DNA of 64,000 bases, from the NCBI GenBank assembly GCA_040755995.1, contig JBFMAF010000031.1, positions 32,001-96,000 on the forward strand, in the 5' to 3' direction. The notes below the pieces were generated by a model that worked only from the letters and a program-made list of their open reading frames with translations, was not told the DNA's origin and searched no databases. The stretch is from Acidobacteriota bacterium (GTDB taxonomy: Bacteria > Acidobacteriota > CAIWXX01). Below, piece after piece: positions 16,970 to 26,081 of the stretch (the stretch's first letter is position 1; every line of letters starts with the position of its first letter). Made by a program: the position numbers and the translations under genes.

Positions 16970-18136
16970 TCATTCGGCCCGATCGAGAGAAGTCCGTTCT
17001 CGGGAAGACACCCAACGCCGCACGGCGTCAATCACGTGCGACTGATCGTCGATCGTAAGCTCGAAGTAGAACGGCAATCTCAGCAGGCGTGCGCTGACAT
17101 CCTCGGTGACGGGACACGTCCCTTCGTGACCCCCGAAACGCCTCCCCATCCCCGACAGATGCAGCGGCAGGTAATGGAAGACGCTGTGGACGCCATCGGC
17201 CCTCAGGTCCGCAATCAGAGAATCGCGATCGGCCTCGGAGCGTAGTAGCATGTAAAACATGTGATAGGGCTGCTCGCAGTGGCCCGGCACCACCGGCAGA
17301 CGGATGCCCGTGTCACCGGCAATCGGCTGCAATGCAGAGTAATACCGCTCCCATATCTCGCGGCGTCTCGCCTGAATTCTGCCGCGCTGTTCGATCTGGG
17401 CCAGCAGAAACGCGGCAAGCATGTCGGACGGCAGGTAGCTGCTGCCGACATCCACCCACGTGTACTTATCCACCTCGCCTCGGAAGAACCTCGACCTGTT
17501 CGTCCCCTTCTCCCTGATGATCTCCGCGCGCTCGACCAGCGACGGGTCATTGATCAGCAAGGCACCCCCTTCGCCGCACGTCAAGTTCTTCGTCTCGTGG
17601 AAGCTGAGTGTCGCCAGTGAACCGAACGCGCCGAGCGGGCGGCCGCGGTACTTGCCGAACAGGCCATGGGCGTTGTCCTCGATCACGGCGATGCTGCGGC
17701 GGCTGGCAATGTCGATGATCGCATCCATCTCGCAGCCGACGCCGGCGTAGTGCACCACCACGACTGCCCGCGTGCGATCGGTCACGAGCCGTTCGAGCCC
17801 GGTCTCGTCGATATTCAGCGTGTCCGGCCTGATATCGGCGAACACCGGCCGCGCACCTCTCATGACGAACGCATTCACTGTCGAGACGAATGTGAACGAC
17901 GGAACGATGACTTCATCGCCCGTTTTGATGTCCAGCAGGATAGCCGCCATCTCGAGAGCATGCGTGCAAGAGGTCGTCAGCAGCGCTTTGCGCACGCCGA
18001 GCGTCTCCTCGAGCATCTTGTGGCAGCGCCTGGTGAACGGGCCGTCGCCCGAGATGTGCCCATTCTTGATGGCTTCAGCCACGTATCGCAACTCTTCTCC
18101 GACCACGGCTGCTCTGTTGAAGGGTATCCCGTGCAT
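16970..18136 (-). CDS. wecE: dTDP-4-amino-4,6-dideoxygalactose transaminase (WecE/RffA)
   Basis: IPFN, ISGDGPFT, TSCTHALEMAA, SFHETKN, REKGTNRSRFFRG.VDKYTW. Confidence 0.92.
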   Translation of the reverse strand: MHGIPFNRAAVVGEELRYVAEAIKNGHISGDGPFTRRCHKMLEETLGVRKALLTTSCTHALEMAAILLDIKTGDEVIVPSFTFVSTVNAFVMRGARPVFADIRPDTLNIDETGLERLVTDRTRAVVVVHYAGVGCEMDAIIDIASRRSIAVIEDNAHGLFGKYRGRPLGAFGSLATLSFHETKNLTCGEGGALLINDPSLVERAEIIREKGTNRSRFFRGEVDKYTWVDVGSSYLPSDMLAAFLLAQIEQRGRIQARRREIWERYYSALQPIAGDTGIRLPVVPGHCEQPYHMFYMLLRSEADRDSLIADLRADGVHSVFHYLPLHLSGMGRRFGGHEGTCPVTEDVSARLLRLPFYFELTIDDQSHVIDAVRRWVSSRERTSLDRAE

Positions 18137-18178
18137 GGCCGTCAGAGCATACCCGCAGTCGAAGCGTGCGACAAGTGC

Positions 18179-19024
18179 TTATGCGTGCTTGCGCGCGACC
18201 GCCAGCAGCGAGGTGCCCCGTCCGAACGATAGCAACCCGATCGACCGCCATTCGGCCGCCAGCACCGTCTTCAGGATCCGGTTGGCCAGTGGGCCGACTG
18301 AGAACTCCGCAGCAGTGTCCGCCACGCGGCGGTTCCGGCGAAGGCGTGCGCTCAGGTAGGCGAGCGGCCAGAGCGTCCTGAAGAGCGGCACCATCAGCTC
18401 GATCTCCAGCGCTGCTGCTCGAAGAAGGCTCCGGAGCGTCTTCGGCCTGTAACGGCGATAGTGCCCCGCGTATACGTCCAGATGGCTCCACAATGAAGGC
18501 CATGCCGGTACAGTGAGAGCCAGCAGCCCCCCCGCGACTAGAGTGGCAGCACATTCACGAACGAACTTCATGTCATCTTCGACGTGTTCGATCACATCGA
18601 ACGCTCCGACCAGCGAGAAGGTCGACTTGAAGGGCATCGGGATGCCCGTTGTCACTACCACGCTCGCGATACCAGTCAGCGCACGCGCCGACAGCACCTC
18701 GCGAATGCTCGCGTCGGCGCCCACCTTGTATCGGCCCGGCAGGACAGGCAGCAGATATCCGTCCCCACACCCGATCTCGAGGGTGCGGCCCTCGCTCTGA
18801 GGCATCAGGCGATGGAGGACTTCTTGCAGCGCGCGCTTCCGCGTCTCGAACCAGAAATGACCTTCACGAATGGCGCGGAACGCGGCGTGAGCATCCTCGG
18901 GGAATTGCCCACCTTCTCCGGAGCGGGGTGCCGGCGCCTCGCCCCTACGGCCAGAAATGATAGTAGTACTCCTGCTTCTCGATCGAAAATCCGCACTTCG
19001 CGTAGAGGCGATTCGCCCCTGCAT
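18179..19024 (-). CDS. Class I SAM methyltransferase (start uncertain)
   Basis: HFWF..R, LEIGCGDG, FDVIEH, TVPA...LWS..D...GHYRRY. Confidence 0.75.
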   Translation of the reverse strand: MQGRIASTRSADFRSRSRSTTIISGRRGEAPAPRSGEGGQFPEDAHAAFRAIREGHFWFETRKRALQEVLHRLMPQSEGRTLEIGCGDGYLLPVLPGRYKVGADASIREVLSARALTGIASVVVTTGIPMPFKSTFSLVGAFDVIEHVEDDMKFVRECAATLVAGGLLALTVPAWPSLWSHLDVYAGHYRRYRPKTLRSLLRAAALEIELMVPLFRTLWPLAYLSARLRRNRRVADTAAEFSVGPLANRILKTVLAAEWRSIGLLSFGRGTSLLAVARKHA

Positions 19025-19766
19025 TCGAGCCCTGTGTCACCACCTGTACTCGTTCGAGATTGTTCCGGGCAAACCAGCGCAGCGCCGCACGCACCAAGGC
19101 CTCGCCGAGCTTCCTCCCGCGCCACTCCCGGTCTACCGCGACCAGCCCGATGTCCCCTCGCGAACCCTTCCGTCCGACCGTGATCATGCCGGTGATTGCA
19201 CCGCCGCTTGCCGCAACGAGGACGTCGTCTGCGAGGGTCTTGTCCACCGATTTCTTGATCCAGATGGTGTACAGCTCCTCAAACTTGTTTCTCGGTATGA
19301 GCGGGTCGACGGCAAAGCGCGAGTGCTCGCCGGCCTGAATCGCCAGTGAGATCAGGTCGGGGCTCGCAGCATCGATTCCGTACGATCGGATCCCGAACGT
19401 TGCGCCCGCCTCAGTGATCACATCACGGCTCAGGTCGATCGCGTAGGTGGTCTTCACGTCCACAAGCCGTCCGTTGTGGCTCTGCAGAACCGGATCACGT
19501 TGCTCGATTGCCGAGGAAGTGGGCCAGTAGATCAGCTTTGCACCCGTCTGCGCGAGCGCGCGGAGGATTCGGGAGAGGGGCCGATGGCTCAACACGGGAC
19601 AGGTGATCCGCGCCACTGGAAACCCAAAGAACTCGGAGTCCCATTTCAGGATCTCGCAATCCTGCCAGCCGGCGCCATCGGTCGGGCAGACGCTCATCTG
19701 CGCCCCATCGCCGCCCTTGTTGCCGGCCGGTGCGGAGGGTACGTCATCGACGGGACGGCTCATCAA
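18945..19766 (-). CDS. wecD: GNAT acetyltransferase, WecD/RffC-like
   Basis: LKWDSEFFG, SRFAVDP, LYTIWI, IGLVAV...RGRKLG, VVTQGSN..ANRLY. Confidence 0.82.
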   Translation of the reverse strand: MMSRPVDDVPSAPAGNKGGDGAQMSVCPTDGAGWQDCEILKWDSEFFGFPVARITCPVLSHRPLSRILRALAQTGAKLIYWPTSSAIEQRDPVLQSHNGRLVDVKTTYAIDLSRDVITEAGATFGIRSYGIDAASPDLISLAIQAGEHSRFAVDPLIPRNKFEELYTIWIKKSVDKTLADDVLVAASGGAITGMITVGRKGSRGDIGLVAVDREWRGRKLGEALVRAALRWFARNNLERVQVVTQGSNAGANRLYAKCGFSIEKQEYYYHFWP

Positions 19767-20722
19767 CGTGTGACGGGGTCACGATCGACCGTGTGGTCCG
19801 GTGTTTCAGCACCGATCACATACGGCGGCCGCTGCATGCTGCGGAAGTGCACGCGCGCGAGGTACTCGCCGATAATGCCCAGCGCGAACAGCTGGGCGCC
19901 GGAGAACAGGGCGATGATGGACGCGAGAAACGCGAATCCCGGCACCGCGGCGCCTTGGATTAGATAACGGCCAAGGACATATGCAAGCACGAAGCCGCCG
20001 AATATGGTGAATGCGAACCCGACGAGGCTGGCAATCTGCAGCGGTCTGGTGCTGAATCCGGTAACCATGTTGAGCGTGTGCCGGATGAGCATCCGCAGCG
20101 TGTAGTTGGACCGGCCGACCCTCCTGGGCTCGCGGTGCACCCTCGCCGACGAGAACTTCGTCGTTCCCCACGTAAGAAGCACGTCCATGTTGACGAATGC
20201 GCCGTGGTAGTCGGCGAATGCGTCTCGGACGCAGGTCCGGAACGCACGAAAGGCCCCGACGTCCCGGGCAGTCGCGACCCCCATCGTGCTCTTCAGCGCG
20301 GCCTTCGTCACCACAGACGCGAGGTCCCGCCAGAGACCATGCCGTTCCTTCTCCGGAACGCCGTACACGACGTCCTGCCCCTCGCCGAGCCTCTCGATCA
20401 GCCCCCGAATCTCCGACGGGGGATGTTGTAGATCGTCATCCATCGTTACCGTGATCTCGTAGCTCGCCTTTCGAATGCCGCACAGCAAGGCACTGTGCTG
20501 GCCGGCGTTCTTCGCGAGTCGGACGCCTCGAACCCACGCGTGTCGCGACGCCAAATCCTGGATGGCCGCCCAGCTTCCGTCGGCACTCCCGTCATCCACC
20601 AGTATCGCTTCGTACGCTGAGCTGACCGTGGGCAGCACCTCTCCGAGCTGGCGAACGAGCTCCCCGATCGTGGCCTCGCCGTTGTAGACGGGGATGACCA
20701 CGGAGATCCTATTCTTCATCAT
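19763..20722 (-). CDS. GT2 polyprenyl-phosphate glycosyltransferase (ArnC/GtrB-like)
   Basis: ISVVIPVYN, VDDGSADGS, MDDDLQHPP, two C-terminal TM, LGIIGEYLAR. Confidence 0.93.
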   Translation of the reverse strand: MMKNRISVVIPVYNGEATIGELVRQLGEVLPTVSSAYEAILVDDGSADGSWAAIQDLASRHAWVRGVRLAKNAGQHSALLCGIRKASYEITVTMDDDLQHPPSEIRGLIERLGEGQDVVYGVPEKERHGLWRDLASVVTKAALKSTMGVATARDVGAFRAFRTCVRDAFADYHGAFVNMDVLLTWGTTKFSSARVHREPRRVGRSNYTLRMLIRHTLNMVTGFSTRPLQIASLVGFAFTIFGGFVLAYVLGRYLIQGAAVPGFAFLASIIALFSGAQLFALGIIGEYLARVHFRSMQRPPYVIGAETPDHTVDRDPVTR

Positions 20723-20754
20723 CTATACTCGATCGCAATCTATACTCGATCGCT
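20721..20754. repeat. Tandem 17-bp duplication
   Basis: ATCTATACTCGATCGCA ATCTATACTCGATCGCT. Confidence 0.85.
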
Positions 20755-20871
20755 CCGGCCCTCAACGCACCGTACCCGTCCTCCCAGGCTCTATCTACCA
20801 CACTTGGGCGACCCGCGAAAGCACTGCACCACCACCGGCCATCCGGCCCGTTCATGCTAGAATCTCACACC

Positions 20872-22512
20872 ATGGCCAGCGGGAAGGCGGCAGGTTACTT
20901 CGCCCTTTGCGTAGCGGCGAACTCAGCCGCGCTCTGGTTACTGGCCGTGCCGTTCGCGGATATCTGGTTCAGCACCGACGAAGGCCTTTACGCCTACCAG
21001 GCCCAACGGATACTCGACGGACAGGTGATCTACAGGGACTTCTTCCAGGCCATCATGCCAGGCTACTTCTTCATGCTTGCTGGCTGGATGAAGGTCGCCG
21101 GAATGGGAGTGGCATCTTTGAGGGCCTTCATGATCCTGCTGATGCTCGCCACCTCGATCGCCATCTACCTCGCCTCCAGGCGCCTCGGCGTGCCGACTCT
21201 TCTCAGCATTGTGCCGGCTCTCACGTTCAGTGTGCTCAGGAGCCGATACAACTTCGAGCTGAATCACTACGCACCCAATCTCCTCTTCGAGACAGCCACG
21301 CTGAGTCTTGTCTGTTCGCAGGCCTTGCGGCCCGCCCGCTGGAAGCTGGCTCTCGCGGGGACGCTCGTATCCGCTGACGTCCTGACGACGCAGCACGTGG
21401 GCGCCCACCTGCTCATCGGAACTATCTTCAGCGTCGTGTTCCTGTCAGTGGTCACTCGGCAGAACGCCTGGCGTGAGATGCTGTCGTTCATCGAAGGCGC
21501 ACTGCCGCTGCCGATCGCCTACCTTGGTTACGCAGTACACACCGGGTCCCTTGCCGCCATGTTCCGGTGCACTGTTCTCTGGGTCTTCAGCCACTACACG
21601 AGGTTCGACACGCAGGACTACTGGTACTACTGGGTGAGGCTGACATGGCGCCTTTTCACAGAGAACCCAGGCGCCGGAACGGCCCATGATTTCGCGCTGG
21701 GAGTCGTCGAGAGCTTCGCCGCCCCGGCAGCAGTCCTGATCAGCGCCGTCTGGCTTCTGCGGCTGTGGCGGGTATCGGGGACGCTCGACGATTCGCAACG
21801 CGCCTTCGGCGCTGCAGCGTTGATCGCAGCTTCCATGTACGCTTGCATCTACGCCGCTCCCAACAGCATTATCAGCCGCGTTTCCCTCACCGGATATCTG
21901 CTCGCCTACGCGCTGGTGCACCGCGTCTACTCGCAATGGCGCAGGCCTTGCCCGCGATTGGGCCTTCGTGGTGGGCTGGTGCCCGGAGGCGTCGCCGCAC
22001 TCCTCCTGCTGGCAGTTCCGCTTAGAACCGCCAGGGTATTCGGAAACATCCTGCTGCAACACAGCACTATGCAGACGACCACTTACAGAACGGCCCACGG
22101 GCCCATCCGGCTGCCAGTTGAATCCGACACGGGCCAGCTCGATGTGCTCTCATTCCTCGCCAGGAACGCAACGCCAGCGGAATTCGTCTATGCCGCGAAC
22201 TGGTCGCCCTGGGTGTACTACCTCGGCGGCTATCGCAACCCAGGAACCACGGAGTACCTCCTGCCGTACTTCACCACCGATGCCACCGTTCGGGAGACGG
22301 TCAGAATTCTAGACAGCACCCGCACCCGATGGCTGGTCCAGGACAGCATCGTTCGCCGCGGCCTCGAACACAACGACGGAAGGCTGCAGTCGTTGAGCGA
22401 GCTGCTCATGCAGCAATGGCAATTCAACCGGTACCGCGATTCGAGCTACACCGTCGCAGTGGTCTTCGGAGACTACACGATCTACCGGAGAAAGGAGACG
22501 GCGCCCGAGTAG
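20872..22512 (+). CDS. GT-C-like (ArnT/PMT family) membrane protein
   Basis: STDEGLYAYQAQRILDGQVIYRDFF, many TM, soluble C-terminal domain; start 20872 follows an extended -10 (TGCTAGAAT). Confidence 0.8.
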   Translation: MASGKAAGYFALCVAANSAALWLLAVPFADIWFSTDEGLYAYQAQRILDGQVIYRDFFQAIMPGYFFMLAGWMKVAGMGVASLRAFMILLMLATSIAIYLASRRLGVPTLLSIVPALTFSVLRSRYNFELNHYAPNLLFETATLSLVCSQALRPARWKLALAGTLVSADVLTTQHVGAHLLIGTIFSVVFLSVVTRQNAWREMLSFIEGALPLPIAYLGYAVHTGSLAAMFRCTVLWVFSHYTRFDTQDYWYYWVRLTWRLFTENPGAGTAHDFALGVVESFAAPAAVLISAVWLLRLWRVSGTLDDSQRAFGAAALIAASMYACIYAAPNSIISRVSLTGYLLAYALVHRVYSQWRRPCPRLGLRGGLVPGGVAALLLLAVPLRTARVFGNILLQHSTMQTTTYRTAHGPIRLPVESDTGQLDVLSFLARNATPAEFVYAANWSPWVYYLGGYRNPGTTEYLLPYFTTDATVRETVRILDSTRTRWLVQDSIVRRGLEHNDGRLQSLSELLMQQWQFNRYRDSSYTVAVVFGDYTIYRRKETAPE

Positions 22513-22579
22513 CGATTCAAGAACCGGTACGCACGGCAGCCGCATCGAGATATCGCGGACCAGTTGGTCAGTGGATCTC

Positions 22580-24472
22580 TCATCTCGTCATCCCTTCGTG
22601 CTCCATCTCATCTGACTCCGGATGAGGCGATTCGGACCCACGTACGTTGCGAGTCGTGAGCCGTATAGAGCTCAGCCGGAAGGGATGTACCCTGCCGTCG
22701 GCGTCCGCAGCATGCAGCACAAGTAGATTGGCACTCCTCCATGTCCTCCGCGGCACCCGCACCGTCCGGGGTCTCCAATCTGGGCCGATGCTGAGCGGTG
22801 GCAACGGGCTGCCGTTCAGCGTGACCCGGACAGTCTGCGGGTTCTCTGAACGGGCCTCGAAGGTCAGCTCCGATACGATCAGCGGCACGGGATCCAGGCC
22901 GAACACGACCCTTCCATATCCACCAGGGGCCTCCTTGCTCACACGGTTGACTCCCTCTTCGGCGCGCGACCACGTCATGGTGGCACGGTCCCCCGGCATT
23001 CGCGACACCTCAAGCACTCCCCGGCCGTTGTGCAGCACCAGTGCCGCTCCGGACTCAATAGCGTACTGATCCATCACACTCAAGTCGTTCTCCTCGGCCC
23101 TCCACCACACCAGTGGAATGCGCAGTGCAGGCAGGGTGGAGTACTCTCGCGCGAGCAGAGGCAGATCCATTGCCATCATCCAGGCCAGGCAGACGCAAGC
23201 TATTGCCTTGCCGTGGATCGTCGGCAGTCCATTGCGACGACTCGCGAGCGCCGCGGCGGCGAGTGGGACGACCATGACCGCGTAGGGAATCGCGTATCTC
23301 CTCGCAATCCACATCACGAACCCTGCGGGCACGAGATTGGCGAGTATCCACACGATCGGAAGGCTCTGCTCCCAGCGACGGACGCATCCGACGCCGATTG
23401 CGGCAGCGAAAAGCAGAAACACATATACGATGTCTCCAACGACGGACATCGCCCATCGTACGATTGATGCCTCAGGCGGCCCCACTGGCGGCCACCAGAT
23501 CGCTTTCAAGTTGTGATGTCGGAAGGAAAGGTAGAACCACGAGAACACGTTCGATGGATTGGCAGCAAGGCCTTGAAATCTCTCCTTCAGGATCTTCCCC
23601 AGTGGGAAATCGACCCGTGCGCGTCGAATGTCGAGATACGGCAACGAGACTTCACGTTGCTCGGGCGGCAACTGGTCCCGCACGTATCTTTCCCACTCCG
23701 GGTTAGGCCACAGCACACCATACGCTCCTATGTTGTCGACGCCGAAGAAGCGGTGATAGAGGAGACTGTTGCGAACTACCCAGGGGACAACAGCGCCGAG
23801 AAACCCGATGGCAAAGGCGGCCGCGAGCCACAGCCGGCGTCTTCGAAAAGGGTACAGGAGCCACAGGGCCAGGACTGGGACCGCGTACTGCGGTGCTGAT
23901 CGCACGAGCGCAGCCAGGCCCATCGTGACGCCTGCCACGGTGGAGATGATACTGAGATCTCGCGCCGACGCCCACGCGAGAAGAAGCAGCGCCAGCAGAA
24001 TGAGAAATACGTAGAGGTTCTCTGTCATGATCTGCACCGGGAGGAAATACAGATCCGCCAGGAAGACTGCAAGAAATCCGGCGATACGTCCGGCTGTCTT
24101 GCCGAAAAGGAGTCCAGTGAAAGCGGCGAGCAGGAGTGGCAGAACCGATCCCATCACCGCTTGCAAGATTCGTATCGCTGCGACAGAAGGTCCAGCGAGC
24201 ATCATCCACCCACCGAGGAACGCGAAATACAGAGGTCCGCGGGACCATCCGCCATAGCTGTGCCACCTGTCATCCCAGAACGCGCCGGCCGTCCTCGCGA
24301 ACTGGGCTGCCTGCGCGTAATAGCCGCCGCCGTCGTCGTCCGGATAATGCGGAGGTGCCTCCAACTCCGGGAGGAGGACGGCAAGACGGACGGCGAGCGA
24401 GAACGCGTAGAGGCAGTACCAATAGCGAGCCGATCGGACGTGACGTAGGAAGCGGTGAACCAAGCTGCGCAT
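22580..24472 (-). CDS. GT39/PMT-like membrane glycosyltransferase
   Basis: DDDGGGYY, RGPLYFAFL, MTENLY, LAALVRS, PWVVRN; start reassigned to MRSLVHRF. Confidence 0.8.
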   Translation of the reverse strand: MRSLVHRFLRHVRSARYWYCLYAFSLAVRLAVLLPELEAPPHYPDDDGGGYYAQAAQFARTAGAFWDDRWHSYGGWSRGPLYFAFLGGWMMLAGPSVAAIRILQAVMGSVLPLLLAAFTGLLFGKTAGRIAGFLAVFLADLYFLPVQIMTENLYVFLILLALLLLAWASARDLSIISTVAGVTMGLAALVRSAPQYAVPVLALWLLYPFRRRRLWLAAAFAIGFLGAVVPWVVRNSLLYHRFFGVDNIGAYGVLWPNPEWERYVRDQLPPEQREVSLPYLDIRRARVDFPLGKILKERFQGLAANPSNVFSWFYLSFRHHNLKAIWWPPVGPPEASIVRWAMSVVGDIVYVFLLFAAAIGVGCVRRWEQSLPIVWILANLVPAGFVMWIARRYAIPYAVMVVPLAAAALASRRNGLPTIHGKAIACVCLAWMMAMDLPLLAREYSTLPALRIPLVWWRAEENDLSVMDQYAIESGAALVLHNGRGVLEVSRMPGDRATMTWSRAEEGVNRVSKEAPGGYGRVVFGLDPVPLIVSELTFEARSENPQTVRVTLNGSPLPPLSIGPDWRPRTVRVPRRTWRSANLLVLHAADADGRVHPFRLSSIRLTTRNVRGSESPHPESDEMEHEGMTR

Positions 24473-24672
24473 GCGGACGGCAGGATAACCACAGCACCGG
24501 CATGTGTCAATCAGGCCGATGCCGCGGTGCCGCGGCGCGGCTGCCGCCCCCCTGCCGCATTCATGCGTAGGATTCCCTGTCCCTGCTCTCTCTTTCTCTC
24601 CGCCGATTGACCCCGTGCGCGCTCGTGTCGTAGGATGCCGTGCCAGTTCTGAGGGAGTGTGGCAGACACAGC

Positions 24673-26022
24673 ATGGAGAACCGCAGCACAGCAAAGCGCG
24701 TCGCCGTCATCGGCGGCGGAGTCGCCGGGCTCACGGCGGCCTGGAGGCTGCTCGAACGCGGCGCGTCGGTCACCATCTACGAGGCCGAGCCGGTGCTCGG
24801 AGGGCTTGCCAGCAGCTTCCCTCTGGGCGACGGATCTATCGAACGCTACTACCATTTCATCTGCCTGGGAGATCGGCCGTACCGGCAAGCGATGGAACAG
24901 CTGGGCATTCTCCACCGGCTCCGCTGGCGTTACACCAGCATGGGTCAATTCCACGACGGCAGAATCTACTCGTTCGGCCATCCGTGGGATGTGTTCTTCT
25001 TCAGCCCGATGAGATGGAGGGACAAGGTTCGTTTCGGCACAAGCCTGATGTCGGTCAAGCGGCAACCGTGGGCCGCGTGGCGCAAAATCGACGATCGCCG
25101 GGCAGACGAATGGCTCGTGGAGCTTTTCGGGAGCCGGACGTACGAGCTGATCTACAGGCCGCTCATCGAACGCAAGTTCGGACCATACGCGAATGGGCTG
25201 TCCGCTGCGTGGATATGGGCTCGAATCCACCGGCTGGGCAAATCGCGGACACGCTTTCTGCAGCTCGAGAAGCTGGGATACCTCGTCGGAGGCAGCCAGG
25301 CGCTCGTCGACGCGCTTGCAGCGCGTATCGCATCGCACGGCTGCACAGTCCACCTGAAGCAGCATGTGAAACGAATTGTAACCGAGTCTGGAAGTGTTCA
25401 GGCCGTCGCAGGCGCCGATTGGAGCCAGAGCTGCGACGCCGTGCTCTCGACGATCCCAACGCCATACCTCTGTCGCCTTACCGACGGGGCCGACCGCGAA
25501 CGACTCGCCTACCTCGACAACATAGCCTCAATCGGCGTGACCTGTGCCGTACTGAGGCTCACCCGCCGACTCACCCCGTTCTTCTGGCTCAATATCAGCG
25601 ACCCGCGCATCCCGTTGGTGGGCGTCATCGAATATACGAACCTGAACCGGGCCGCGTGCCCTGACGGCGACCACATCGTGTACATCCCGCAGTACACGCC
25701 GTCGGACAGCGAGCATTTCAGGCTCGACGATGAGTCCATCCTGCGGTCCTACACGGCTTATCTCAAGTTGATCGTCCCGCAGTTCGACCAGAGTTGGGTC
25801 CGGGGATCATGGGTTTTCCGCGACCGCTATGCCCAGCCCATCTGCACGGTCGGGTTCTCCCGCCAGGTCGCCGGGATCACGACACCGGTCAGCGGGCTCT
25901 ATCTGACCGACTCACACCAGCTCTACCCGGACGACCGGACGATCAGCAACAGCATCCGCCTCGGCTGGGAGGCCGCCGATCACATCATGCCATCAACCGC
26001 CGAGGCCCGTACTAGCCCATGA
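24673..26022 (+). CDS. FAD-dependent oxidoreductase (amine oxidase/protoporphyrinogen oxidase-like)
   Basis: VIGGGVAGL, GGLASS, IERYYHF, YAQP, YPDDR. Confidence 0.88.
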   Translation: MENRSTAKRVAVIGGGVAGLTAAWRLLERGASVTIYEAEPVLGGLASSFPLGDGSIERYYHFICLGDRPYRQAMEQLGILHRLRWRYTSMGQFHDGRIYSFGHPWDVFFFSPMRWRDKVRFGTSLMSVKRQPWAAWRKIDDRRADEWLVELFGSRTYELIYRPLIERKFGPYANGLSAAWIWARIHRLGKSRTRFLQLEKLGYLVGGSQALVDALAARIASHGCTVHLKQHVKRIVTESGSVQAVAGADWSQSCDAVLSTIPTPYLCRLTDGADRERLAYLDNIASIGVTCAVLRLTRRLTPFFWLNISDPRIPLVGVIEYTNLNRAACPDGDHIVYIPQYTPSDSEHFRLDDESILRSYTAYLKLIVPQFDQSWVRGSWVFRDRYAQPICTVGFSRQVAGITTPVSGLYLTDSHQLYPDDRTISNSIRLGWEAADHIMPSTAEARTSP

Positions 26023-26081
26023 CCATCGTCACCCGGTCGGTTGTTGACCTGCCGTACCCCGTCGGCTAGACTCACGGCCCA

